Below, in pieces: positions 32,754-45,971 of a DNA stretch of 64,000 bases. The position numbers were made by a program, and so were the translations under genes. The stretch lies in the NCBI RefSeq assembly GCF_009914755.1, contig NC_060947.1. One strand, given 5' to 3'. Within the stretch, counting starts at the first letter, position 1. The number at the start of each line of letters is the position of its first letter. The notes beneath the pieces were generated by a model. The model saw only the letters and a program-made list of their open reading frames with translations, did no database searches and was not told the DNA's origin. Origin of the DNA: the human T2T-CHM13v2.0 reference genome, Homo sapiens.

Positions 32754-34247
32754 GATTGAAAATAAATGTGTAGATAGGCTCTCAGTATGGAATCCATGTT
32801 ATTTTTTAATGAAGTACATGAAGACTCCTTAGATCTTCCACCATGTATCTTGTGTGTGCTTATAACAACCACCATATTCAAATGGAGGGGAATTTTCAAC
32901 ATTTTACTGAAAAAAAAATGAGAAATTCTTCCTTCAGCAGCTCTGCATAGTTTGACAAACTTTTGGAAAGAGATAAAAACACACTCCAGTGTTTGTACGT
33001 TGAACGTTTATTACAACTAATTGGCGATGTGATAAGACAGTGCTCACGTGGCCTGAATGTTGGTCACAATCACAACAAAGCTTAATCCAGCCCAGCATAT
33101 ATAAGTGAAAATATAAACCATGAAGACATGTTTAGATATGTATAAGTACTTAGAAAAGTGACGCTGAACAATTACATAGCTTTAAAAAATATAGAGCCAT
33201 CTAATGCCATTTTACCTCATTCAACTCTTTTTTGTAAGAAATGTGTCTTTTTAAATTTTTATAAGACTTCTGTTAACTAGGCAGTGCCATGGAAAGAAAG
33301 GAAGCTGCTGTAAAGTGTGCAGCACTTCTAAGTGGAGGGAAGCAAAATAAATTTAGCTTTAACAAGTACCCCAGAGGGAACATTCGTGCTTTAAACAATG
33401 ACTTTACACATAATACTGTGAAGAGAGCAACACGTTTTTTGTAAGATACTGTTATGAAGAATTCCTGGCAAATTACCATTCTCACTTTATTTTGGGGCAT
33501 CAAAAACAACTAAGTATTTGATTATGACCACAAAAAATTCATCTCAGGAGTCAAATGTGCCTTGGCCTTAAAAATTATGTGCTTACTATTGTGAAACAAT
33601 CCTGTTTCTCATCCCAGATTCAGAATGCCTAAGAAATAATTTTTAGTGTAAGAAGTATCACTCCAATTTAGTCATTAAAAATAATCTGTAGTCCTTTAAA
33701 AAAAAAAAAAAAAAGGTATGTAATTTCCAATACAAGTCTTTGGAGTAAATTTGCTTTTTAAAGTTTCAACAAAGTTTCCATTCATTTGATATGTGACATG
33801 TCAATTCCCTTTTTTTTTTTTTTTACATATGCTGAAATGCTGCACTAGTCTTTGGTTTCATAAAACCAGGTTTCACATTATAATTTAAGAGTTTCCTTTG
33901 TCAAATACAGTAATTAATAAATGTATACTGCCTGATTTTACATGTATATGATGTGCCATTTTCATATGTGCACATAATCAGATTAAGAGAAACTGACCTT
34001 TAAACTTTAAAATATCCAGAAAAGGTATCTCTTTCTGCACCATTCTAATTCATATTTAAGTCCCTTATCACTTAATTAACTAAAGTTCCCTTTTAAAAAA
34101 AAATTGTGTAGGCATGAATGAAGCGGCTTAGCAAAACAGTAATACTGACAAGACATCATCTTACACCATGAGCTAACATGGACATGAAGGGAGTGACCAT
34201 CTACAGTGTGTGAAATGCCACAAGAAGTCATCAACAAGGGAGGAGAG

Positions 34248-34295
34248 TTATGTCAGTCCAATTTCTTCAAGAACACTACGTGGGGTTTCAGCTTC
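34248..34295 (-). CDS. AP1S2: AP1S2 canonical last coding exon
   Basis: ttttccctccacag|GAAGCT...ACA TAA; EAETPRSVLEEIGLT*; exon sum 179+109+138+48=474 nt = 157 aa plus stop. Confidence 0.96.
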   Translation of the reverse strand, partial: EAETPRSVLEEIGLT

Positions 34296-35114
34296 CTGTG
34301 GAGGGAAAATGTGAGACTCTGGTAAGCAGATCCAGGGAGTCTTGAGAATGTGAAACATTGACATGGAAGAACATGCTTGTTTTAGAGAATCAAGAAAGCA
34401 ATTTCGTGTCACAGTAGCATTCTAGTTGACAGCCATTGGTTATTTAGGGTTTTGTGCCCTCAAAATTGGAGACCACAAAAGGACGTTTTCAGCATTCATT
34501 AAGTACCTGCTAATTACCTACCAATGTGCTAGATGCCGTTGCTGTCATGCAAAAAGCAGTCAAGCCCAGTGCAAACCTGCTGGCAATTTATGAAATCACT
34601 GCTACTCAATTATATATATGAAAGATAAGTTATCTTAGTGGTAAAATTCAAAACCTCTTCCCTCCGAGTTCCCACAGTTCTTCGCCTACTGTTGTGTTCC
34701 ATGCTTTTTGTCACATGCATTTATAGAAATGTCTTCCTCTTGGAGTTTTTAGTTAACTGTGTCCACAGCGGCAAGTCTTCAGAAACAGCTATCTTCCCAG
34801 ACCTCCCCAGTGCAACCAATGGCATCACTAGAGGCCACATATGCAAAGAATGCCATGGGCCAAAGGCATTTTTATTCTATGTAGCAACCAGCACTGGTTT
34901 TTAAGTGTCAAAGGAGGTCAAAACAAAGTAAGCATATCCAGGAAAAAATTATTTAATAATTTTCCAAAGTGGCTGATTTTGCAAATCACAAAATAAAGGA
35001 CCAAGGAGGCCAACTTTCAGGTATTACTAGCAACGAATTTTGTAATTAAAAGGCAACACTATATTTTAATGATGGAAAATAATATAAATTTTTGGCATCC
35101 AGTAATAAACTTAC

Positions 35115-35123
35115 TTTCGCATC
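35115..35123 (-). CDS. AP1S2: AP1S2 9-nt in-frame microexon (DAK)
   Basis: tttctcttctccttgctttgtgctgtaccatgattag|GATGCGAAA|gtaagt; consensus donor, phase 0/0. Confidence 0.9.
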
Positions 35124-35509
35124 CTAATCATGGTACAGCACAAAGCAAGGAGAAGAGAAATTATATTAAACCATAAATCTTTAGAATATTAATTGCATGT
35201 AAAGCACTTCATGGTGTAATCTTAAGTAAATTACTTAAACTCTATGGTCTGTTTCCTTATTTGGAAAACATGGATAATAGTACTTACCTTCATATGTTGA
35301 GATTAAGTGAATTAAGGCTCTGCCTAATTTATAGAAAGTGCTTCAAAAATGTTAGGTGATATAGTTACACAATTGAAATCGAAATGATTTAGCATTTATT
35401 ATTAAACGCAGGTACTATACACCAATTCTACTTATAAAGCTCATATGATGACCTTTTAGTATGTCTGCATAGTAATAAAAATGGGTAAAAATCAGCTTTA
35501 GCGAAAAAA

Positions 35510-36120
35510 GGTATTTTTTTAAAAAGAGTCTAACCTATGAAGTATTCTTGCCCCCTCAAATTGAACCTCAATCTAGTCAGGTTACAGATCTAAATAGAAA
35601 TGAGGGATATAAGAACAGCTAAACATTGCCATATGAGTATGATGGCCAAATCCATAAGGTAGGACATCCTGCAGCATAAATGACCTCGTTTTAAAAAAAA
35701 AAAATGGCAAGGCGGGAAAAAGCAGACGATTTGTTAAAGATTAAAAGAGACTTAAAACGCACATCAATCAGATACAATGTGAGAGTCTTGGTTGGAATCT
35801 GATTCTAACAAACCAAATATAAAAAGGCATTTTTCAGACAATTAGGAAAAACTGAGCCAGGCATAAGATAGTAATTATTAATTCCTGTTAATTTTGTGGG
35901 GCATGGTACTTTATCTGTTAGGGACACATACTGAAGTATTAAAGACAAACTGACAAGATGTCTAGGGCTTGCTCTAAGATACTGAGGCAAAAATGCGGGG
36001 AGTGGTTGGGGAAACAGTATTAAGTTGATGGTTCTTGAAGCTCAGTGATGTGTACACGAGGGTTCTTTATACTATTTCCTATACTCGTGAGTCTTGAAGT
36101 TTTCATGATAAAGTTTTTTA
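35510..36120 (+). mobile_element. Old L1 (L1MC/ME-like) 3' UTR remnant
   Basis: AGATTAAAAGAGACTTAA...ACATCAATCA...ATACTGAAGTATT...TTATACTATT; approximate. Confidence 0.6.
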
Positions 36121-36654
36121 AGAAAGTCCAGTGGAAATGATGTAACACCCAAGAGTGATGTAAGCCAATCCCTTTCATTTATATTTAGCCTTAAGCATTA
36201 AATACACTGAGAATGACATCTAAATCTCATAAATATTCAAGAAAAATTTAAAATAATTATTTCCATGTAATGTTAAGTAGTTTAAAGGTTCATGTAGCCT
36301 TGAATGTATCAATTAAATAATGCCTCCATTGAATTCTACAGTTTACATTCTCAGCTTCTCCATGTAAAAATGCCCCACAGCTACTCCGTGGAGCTGGTCA
36401 GACTTTTCCCCATGTGCTCACTGCCTGCAATCTTATATAGCATTTCCTGTAGAGAATCATACTGCTTATCAAATATGCATTATTGAAAATATGTGTCCTT
36501 TCTAAAAGGCCTAGTTTCAAAGAATTATTTACACATTTTATTCTTGTGAGACTTGCACAGGTAGAGTTTTAAAATAAATTGTGGTGATAATATAAAATGG
36601 AACTTACACATGTTCACACTGAAATTGTAGCTCAAAACTACCCAGAAAAACTAT

Positions 36655-36905
36655 TATCTATCTAAAGTAGTAAAATTTATAGAAACGGAAAGTCGAATGG
36701 TGGTTGCCAGGGGCTGGGGGACAGGGAGAAATGGGGAATTGTTGATTAATGGGTATAGAGTTTCAGTTCTGCCAGATGAAAAAGTCCTGCAGATCTGCTG
36801 CACAACAATGTGAATAAACTTAACTAACACAACTGAACTGTACACTTAAAACTGCGTAAGATGGTGAATTCTGTGTTATGTGTTTTTAACCACAATTTAA
36901 AAAAT
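36655..36905 (+). mobile_element. L1MB-type 3' end
   Basis: GAATGGTGGTTGCCAGGGGCTGGGG...ATGGGTATAGAGTTTCAG...ACTGAACTGTACACTTAAAA. Confidence 0.85.
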
Positions 36906-38455
36906 TTGCCTAGAAAAATGAAAATATAAAACGTTATTTTATGAGGGATGGAAAAGAAAAAGTCATTCACATGAGACGAAGTACATGCAATACTTTTATT
37001 TTAGACATGCAAGGAAAGCTATTTCAGAATCTACTAATTTAAAGCAAGCAGCTGTATACAGACAGCAAAAGAAGCAACATTTTGTTACAGCTTAGCACAA
37101 GGCATCCAACACAAACAGGCATGAGACAATGCATATTTATGTAGCATTAAAACCAGATGAATAATATATTGTGGGGCAGGAGGAGGAAAGGAGGGGAAAA
37201 AAAAATAGAAATGAAAGACCAATGTTTCTCAATGCTTCCAATATATAATGCTAAATTTCCCACCTGATTGATAGCACATCCAGGTGCTTCAAATGTCGTG
37301 CATTACAGTGAGAATGTTAAGAATGGAAAATCTTATCTGTGTACCTGCCTAATACTAAGTTTGGTCAAAACACATTTTCATAGATCTTCTTTCAGTGATA
37401 AATCGATTTGAACATCTTGTGAAGTTATTGTTTAATAACTTACTTAACTTAGGCTTTATGCTCTCTAGATATAAACAATGAATTCTTTTCCTTTTATAAA
37501 AAAATATGCTGCATGTTTTATTAAAAGAATATGCAATAGTTACCAATATTAAAGGTTTTAAAATTCAGAAATATAATGCCACAGTTAACAAAGTATCAAG
37601 TATTTAAATGAGGACTTAATATATTAGAATGCCATCACTAGTAAAATATAAGTATTTAGGTATTAAAACTGAATGAATATTAGAATTTTTGAACTATATA
37701 AACTCAGCATTAATGCTTTGAAAGAGTTATTATTCAGCAACAGATATTGCAGAACAGACTTCAGACATAGCTCTCTAATAAGTTCTTAAAGGGATTGTTT
37801 GATATTATTATATAGCACAAATGTGATTCAATAAATGTGGCACTACAAAATTTCTTAATACTGAATGTTTTAACCTTAAATATTATATAATGGTACAAAT
37901 TAATTTTAGTTTCTTGTAATATTTTCACATATACTTTTATGTGATACATTAGAACACATTAGCTCATACAGATTGTAAGATAATCACACAAAATAGTTTC
38001 TTTTTTTAACCTCCATATTTGAAGACCAAACTACACTATATATTATGGCACTGCTTATTTTGACCTAGCACTTCAGCTATATTTTCTTTGGTAAACATTT
38101 TAATGATTGTCATGTTTTCCTCTTATAAGATAAATCACAGATGGTTCATTAATAATATGTATGTGTTTAAGATTTAATATTACTCAAAACACTTCTAGGT
38201 CATATTTTGTCAAGATGAGATTAAATCAGTTGCAGAAAGGAATGAGCTGTATCAAGATCACATATAGAATGAAAATAAAACAGAAAAGTTTGGAATGTGA
38301 ACAGGAAAAAAATACAATCATAAAAGTACTAGTTCTAAAATGTTCTACTATTATTATACAAGACAATAAATCACCATGCTGAGGATATTTTCTTTCATAT
38401 GTATATCAGCATTCTATTTCCTCTGTGAAATTCTGCATACTCGATGAGTAGTCAT

Positions 38456-38491
38456 TTAGTACACAGGGACATTAAAATATTCATGACGTGG
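38456..38491 (-). CDS. AP1S2: AP1S2 alternative terminal exon, PRHEYFNVPVY*
   Basis: tgcatttcttttgtag|CCA CGT CAT GAA TAT TTT AAT GTC CCT GTG TAC TAA; phase 0 fits exon 4; AATAAA candidates at 37517-37522 and 36995-37000. Confidence 0.7.
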   Translation of the reverse strand, partial: PRHEYFNVPVY

Positions 38492-39873
38492 CTACAAAAG
38501 AAATGCATATATTCTTACACACAGTATACAAACTGACACAGACACAATCAGATTTCTAGAACATTTAGCTCACAGTAAAGATAACTAAAACTTAAGTTTC
38601 TGTTTGCTTTCATTCTTTGGTTTAAGGCTGAATATTTAACTTCTAAACAATGCCCAAGACTTTAGATTCATTTTTTTCTAACTTTACTACATACAGTGTT
38701 CAAAATGATGACAGACATCCTCCAGAAATTTTACAAAATCCTAAAACACTATATTTACTACTAATATTATGAAAAGATTTTCAGTGTAAGTCATCTGGTC
38801 AATACTGAGTTGACCAAAAATTCAATTAGAATATTCCCCTTCCACCAGTATTTAAATTCATTAGTTCATTTGTATTACATAAACTAAAGAACCTAGAGAA
38901 AAATCTTTCCCAATAAAAACTGGAAAAGTAGTCACTCATCTGGTATTTTAAGTAGCAATGAAGGTTTTTAACCGTTTACTTATACCTACAAAAGCAAAAA
39001 ATCCAAAGAATTTGACTGAGACTGAGGATATTACTTTTTTAAAAATCCTCAAGACAGATTTTAACGAACTCTCCAGATTTGAGTGTCTACAGAAGGACTT
39101 CTAGGGGCTCTGAGAGTTCCCTGAAATTAGAAACAAAATGATGTGCAAATTTTCCTGGGGTGACGGCCCATCATCCTTCAGACTCTCAAAGGGATTATAT
39201 CCCCACCAGAAAGCAAGTTTAAAATTGCTTATTTGAGTGTCTTTAAAGTATCCTCATTTTAATATTTATTCAAGTTGAAACTTTGAAATGTTGAACTACA
39301 AAATCATGTAAACTGTTCCAAGAAAAATATCTAACAAATCCCTAAACTTACACAACCATTAATTACAAACGTATCTGAGGACAAAAGCCAGTTACATTTT
39401 AATCCTCAAAGAATTCCTAAATATTTTAAAGAGATAGCTGCCCTTTTCCCCCAACTCAGAATATAGTGGAATGAAGCAGCAAGTTAAAATCATATTAATA
39501 AGAAATTAAACTCCCAACTACTTCATTTTCTCACAGAAGCTCTCATTTTCATAGGGAAATTCTTCTGTATCAATGGCATTAGTGATTCACAGTATTTAAT
39601 GAATGCTTTATTGTCAATGAACCTCTGAAGCTATTTCCATATTCTGTGTAAAAAATAAATTATAAGCCCCAATAATGGATCATTATCCAAGCAAAATTCC
39701 CTATGAAAATACCAGTTTAATGAAGTAATTGGGACTATCCCTTGGGATTTAATGTAATTAGACTTTTCAGGTAATGCTAAAATATAAATAACAAACTTGA
39801 CAAAATTGTCATTACAAACTGAATTTATATATCCTACTACATTTTGATGCATGTCAGTACTCCAGCACGTATT

Positions 39874-39930
39874 CTAGTACGCTTTCTTAAACCCAATGAA
39901 ACTCTTGCTGTGATACATAGTCTCTGTTTT
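39874..39930 (-). CDS. AP1S2: AP1S2 alternative terminal exon, KTETMYHSKSFIGFKKAY*
   Basis: cttttcttgttctctctccag|AAA ACA GAG...AAG AAA GCG TAC TAG; strong acceptor, phase 0; AATAAA at 39607-39612. Confidence 0.75.
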   Translation of the reverse strand, partial: KTETMYHSKSFIGFKKAY

Positions 39931-39957
39931 CTGGAGAGAGAACAAGAAAAGTTTAAG

Positions 39958-40024
39958 TCTGTCAAATAACCTTTTGCCTAAATAATACCAATCTGTCAAA
40001 TAACCTTTTGCCTAAATAATACCA
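39958..40024. repeat. Perfect 33-bp tandem duplication (period 34)
   Basis: TCTGTCAAATAACCTTTTGCCTAAATAATACCA at 39958 and 39992. Confidence 0.97.
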
Positions 40025-41358
40025 GTTCTTTGAGCCTTTATATTATAGTTTATCATCTTTTTCTTTTCTCTCTTAATTTTCTATCATACCATGTAAAAAC
40101 CAACCATCGAGAGCTTACGCTCATTAAAAGAGAAGAGGTGGTTTCCCAAACAGGGCGGAGTATGCAACCATTCCTCCCCAGGAGACTTACTATGAACTAC
40201 ACCAGCAATTCTACAGGAACAATTCTCAATGTGACCACCCAGGCATTTCCACCACTTATACCCTGACACACCTTTTACTGCTTTTAGGAAAGAAAAGGGT
40301 TGATGATAAGCCAAACTATTCTTTATAGCCATTGATCCATATTACTGTACTTAAGTAAGAAATTACCATCTATTAAATGTGAGAATACTCTTCATAGGGA
40401 GAAACCCCTCTTCACTGGAAAAACATCCTTCAAGAAGAAAAGAAACTCTAAAATGCACAAAAATAAATGTATTATTTTTACCATTTTAAATTGCTTTAAT
40501 AACGTTTTAAATAATTTCCCAGTTTAGACTTCTAGGGTCTGAAAAAGTTCTGTTATAAATGCCTTAAGGACCACTTAACATTTAAGGTAATTTTTTAGCT
40601 AAATTATATGCCCATAATTAACCAAAATATTTTTCTTTCAGATACAAAGAAAGTAGATTCAATTATAAATTCCAGTTTATACCTCTTACCACCAGTACCT
40701 CTTGTGAGTCACATAAAAATTATATCAATTAGGAATTAGGGAGGGTGAGAGTAAAGTCTGTCATAGCACACAAGGGACCCTGTGCAGGCCTAGGCCTACT
40801 ATCTTGTTCTTCCCCTGGGCACCCGTAGGAAATAGTCACATATAATACTCAGCAAACTATCCGTTTCTTAAAACACTAAAACCCCAGTGATTTCAATTAA
40901 GTGGGAATAAAGGTCAGAATGAAAACAGTGAGAAAAAATTTTTTAATCCAGTTGTATTGTACAACTATAAACCATGTATTGTCCTTAGTACAGGTTCTCT
41001 GGAGACCTATTCTTTGAATAAGGATGACAATGTATTATTTCAACCTGAAACGGGCTTTCAATCCCAGGAAATCTTTTTTGCTCCTCACTAATTTGCTCCC
41101 CACCAAGTCTACTGCCAACTCCTCACACTGTCCTCAAGCTATACACCCCTCCCCTTCTCCCCAGTCCCAACGATTCTCCTTTAGATGATGTCATTTCTCA
41201 AGGCCAAGAAAATGACACTTCCTCAATTTTGCTCATCTTACTCATGAATTAAAGAAAAAAAAAGTCTACAGCTTTACCCCATTATCACCACATAACCAAT
41301 GAGAAAGACTCTTCTCATCCGAGACCAATGTTTTTGATTCCACTCCCATTCTCCCTTC

Positions 41359-41361
<3 letters not shown>

Positions 41362-41403
<42 letters not shown>
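41362..41403. repeat. (AT)n microsatellite, about 21 units, at an Alu tail
   Basis: Read directly. Confidence 0.97.
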
Positions 41404-41404
<1 letters not shown>

Positions 41405-41408
<4 letters not shown>

Positions 41409-41706
41409 TTTTTTTTTGAGACAGAGTCTTGCTCTGTCGCCCAGGCTAGAAGGCAGTGGCTTGATCTCAGCTCACTGCAATCTCCACCTCACGGGTTCAA
41501 GCGATTCTCCTGCCTCAGCTTCCTGAGTAGCTGGGATTACAGGCACCCACCACTGTGCCCGGCTAATTTTTGTATTTTTTTTTTTTTTTTAGTAGAGATG
41601 GGGTTTCACCATCTTGGCCAGGCTGGTCTCGAACTCCTGACCTCATGATCCACCCGCCTCAGCCTCCCAAAGTGCTGGGATTACATAGTGAACCACTATG
41701 CCCAGC
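41405..41706 (-). mobile_element. Alu (AluSg-like)
   Basis: Full-length antisense dimer. Confidence 0.95.
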
Positions 41707-43455
41707 CCCAATATACTTTTTCTTTTATTCTATTCCTATTTGTCCTTCTTAGAAAACATGCACTTCCACTTTCCCCTGCATGAAGAAAAATGTTGTTCTC
41801 AACACCCTACAAAAAGGACCAGATGTAGTGGGAAGTGTAGGATGACAAACAGCAGAGAGAAGTCAAGTTACACCTGTTCTCAAAACCTAAGACAAGCCCT
41901 GTTACCGTGAAATTTCCTAGATATTCACCATACTAGGCTTATGACTCACAAGTAAAACCAACAGGGAAGCTATAACGAACACTGATAAAATAGGAATTAT
42001 CTGCAGGCTTAAGTCTTGTTGACATGAGAAGTGCTTAAGTAAATCAATGGTATCGAATATCTATGACTGAATGCCTAAACTCCTGATTCTCTTTCTAGTA
42101 GTACAATGTGGTAAAAGAAAATAATTTACATTTAATGAAAAGTAAATATAAATAAGTGTAATTTCAAGTTATTGCTCTACTGCAGTTTTTCTTATAAAAG
42201 GACTTCTTCACTTATTCCTTGCACTATAAAGTGGTATGCTTAGTCCTTCACATTCTAGAACACAATGGTCCTTTTTATGGCCCCTAATCAAATTCTATGG
42301 CAAAGGATGCAAAGTCCTTACTCTCAACTCTGGAACCCTCTTCCTTGTGCCAAAGACCAAGAAGGCCAGAGACTATCTTATCTCACTACGATCTATTTTG
42401 AGCAATGAATGAAAAAACAGAAGAATTGAAAGCACTCTATAAAGTGCCTTTTAGATGACAGGGCTCCTGGTGTCAGTCTTACAAGCATTTGTGAAGTGCT
42501 AAGAAAGTCAAGCGATTTTTTTTTTTTACATTAAGTTAGCTATGAGTGGCAAGAGTTACATGGTTGCTCCAGATGGTTAGTGTCTAAAATGGCCAAGAGC
42601 AGAGAAGTGCTTTACTTTACGTGCTGAAACTTTATTTTAGTAAATTCTACTCTAGTTTTACCATCTGGAGCAACACGATGTATACTCTTTCATTCACACA
42701 GCAGCATTTTTTCATTTTTTAAAAATGTGTAATACTAAATACATGCTTGTTTTTACACTTCTGGAAAAAAGAGCAGGGGGAGCTTCAAAGATTTTCAGAA
42801 GTAACACGAGTTAGCTAATATCCTGCTCCTAAGCCTGGGCAACATGGTGAGACCCTGTCCCTACAAAAAATAAAATAATAATAATAATAATATCCTGTTC
42901 CTAGATCTTTTCTCACTTGATATACTTTGAGTATCCTTCCATATCATTACAAAAAAAAATCGATCTCATTTCTTTTACAGCTACATCAGTTTCATGTATG
43001 GTTGTACTATAATTTTCTTAACCTATTTCTCATTGATGAATATTTGGGTAAGCTTCAATGGCTTATTATACTAAGCAATGTGTCTCAGTACATTTTTGTT
43101 GGATAAAATTCTTTGAAGTGTAACTAATGGGTCAAAATGTATGTACACATTTAGTCATTAGTAGACATAACCAAACTAATCCTCCAAAACAAAATACAGC
43201 TTTTAAGTGCTCCTCTTTGCCAATCCAAGAAGAAACAAACAAAAAAGGGTCTAGTTGATTTTTAACTTTGCATTCCCTTAATAAAAGGACCATTTGTTTT
43301 GCTTTCATCTGTGAATTACGTATTCATGTTTTCTACCATCTTTTTCTATTGTGCTGTTGATCTATTTCTATTACACTTGTCTTATAAATTTGTCTTAAAA
43401 ATAATGATGAGGATAATTTACTACATCTTATAAATAACACTCTAAAACCCATTAG

Positions 43456-43833
<378 letters not shown>

Positions 43834-43869
43834 GCAGAATAATTAACTTAGCAAATATAATTTGTTTAA

Positions 43870-43985
43870 GAGTGAGGGGTCTCACTATGTTGCCCAGGCT
43901 GGTCTCAAACTTCTGAGCTCAAGGGATCCTTCCACTTCAGCCTTCCAAGTAGCCGGGATTATGGAAGTGTGCCACTGTGCCCAGC
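43870..43985 (-). mobile_element. Alu monomer (FLAM-like)
   Basis: GGGTCTCACTATGTTGCCCAGG...GTGCCCAGC; TSD TAGCAAATATAATTT. Confidence 0.85.
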
Positions 43986-44528
43986 TAGCAAATATAATTT
44001 TAGACTGCAAAGAAATATTTTAAGCATGTTTTAGGACATGCTGTATTGTATTTGCCTTGGAATACCCTAAATTAGGGTTTTTCAAAGGTAAAAGATTTCT
44101 TGGAATCACAGAATTTCAAATACTCAAATGCTACTAAATATCTTCACTAAGTAAAACCTTTAAGGCTAACAGGATGCCAGAGAACAACAACAACAAAAAG
44201 TCTATATATGCAACAAAAGTCTATATATGTAAATTCTGGTCATTTGAACTATTCCTCCTTTAAGAAATTAACAAATCCCTAAAGTGGCTGGGGAGATTGG
44301 CAGAAAATTCAAAGGTGTTCTGTCTGCAGGGTATACTCAATTCAGTTTCCACATAAAAACTCAATTACCTTAATAGAAGTTAACAGATTTGGCTGTTGTT
44401 GAGGAAATTAAATTATAGAGTGACATCCTACAAGCCTTGCTGTAGGGTGGATTCTAAAGTCAACCATAGATTATCTCCCCAGTAACTGGTCATTATGTAG
44501 AGGTAATTTTGGTGAATCATAGAGATGA

Positions 44529-44828
<300 letters not shown>

Positions 44829-45006
44829 TAGGAATGATTTTTATAGCTATTTGTATGTTCTTAAGCACATTTATCCTTTCTTGATTTTTTGCATTTTTGA
44901 TTAATTTTTAGCCACTTATTTATACTGTGGTCTACATATAATATTGAAAAGATATAGCAGTCTATAAATGTAAATGGAATCTTTACTCCATAGTGTTAAA
45001 TTAAAC

Positions 45007-45233
45007 CAAGGCTTCTTAACCTGGGCACAACTGACATTTGAGGCCAGATAATTCCGCGTTCTAAGGGGGCTGTCCTGTGCACTGCAGAATTCTCAGCAGC
45101 ATCCTTGGTCTTCACCTACTGGATGCCGGTAGCACTGCACCCCCAATTGTGACAACCAAAAATGTGTCCAAACATTACCCAATGTCCCCTAGAGGGGCAC
45201 AACTGCACCACTCCCACTCCATGGGAACCACTG
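45007..45233. mobile_element. MER20 hAT MITE
   Basis: TGACATTTGAGGCCAGATAATTC...CAGCAGCATCCTTGG...GTGACAACCAAAAATGT...GAACCACTG. Confidence 0.85.
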
Positions 45234-45661
45234 AGTTAATCTAATTGGCTCTAGTTGGTGGGTAAGATTATATTCTAGTGTGTTTGCCTGTATTTGCTAA
45301 TTTTTCCAGAATGGGAATTTTTATTTTTAAAAAAAGGCCCTCAGAGGAAACAAAAGAAAATGTCAGTAGGTGAAAAAAGGACTCAAATGTGACATTTTTC
45401 AGAAAGTATTTTTTAATTAAAAAAAAAATCACCACCGACACCACAGACTATTCCCTTTGCAGGTCCCTGTGCAGGTTCCAACCCTAGGGCTCATGAAATC
45501 AAATTACTAGGTCAGGATCAGCATTTAAGAAAAGAATAGAATAGAAATAGCAAGCGGAAAATCCTCAAAATTTTGAAAAGTATGAAAAGAAAAAAGGCTC
45601 AAAAACACATAAAGCAAAATGACTACAACCTGAGAACCAGAGAGTAAGGACACTGGCCAAA

Positions 45662-45971
45662 TTATTATTTTATTTATTTATTTATTTTTGAGACAGAGTC
45701 TCACTCTGTCGCCCAGGCTGGAGTGCAGTGGCCTGATTTCGGATCACTGCAGCCTCCGCTTCCTGGGTTCAAGCCATTCTTGTGCCTCAGCCCCCCAGGT
45801 ATCTGGGACTACAGGTGTGCACCACCACGCCCAGCTAATTTTTGTATTTTTTGTAGAGATGGGGTTTTACCATGTTGGCCAGGTTGGTCTTGAACTCCTG
45901 GCCTCAAGTGATCCGCTTGCCTCAGCCTTCCAAAGTGCTGGGATTACAGGCGTGAGCCACCATGCCTGGCC
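45662..45971 (-). mobile_element. Alu (AluJb/Sz-like)
   Basis: Full length with (TTTA)n tail. Confidence 0.93.

Noticed and set aside
33809-33824. T run that reads as poly(A) in the AP1S2 3' UTR
   Set aside because: Genomic homopolymer; a source of oligo-dT internal priming, not a retrocopy tail or true end
34248-34295. Dileucine-like signal ETPRSVL in the canonical tail
   Set aside because: Does not fit [DE]xxxL[LI] spacing or residues
44191-44229. Short duplication CAACAAAA(A)GTCTATATATG; similarly CAGCTAAATAT x2 near 55734
   Set aside because: Ordinary slippage duplications with no linked feature
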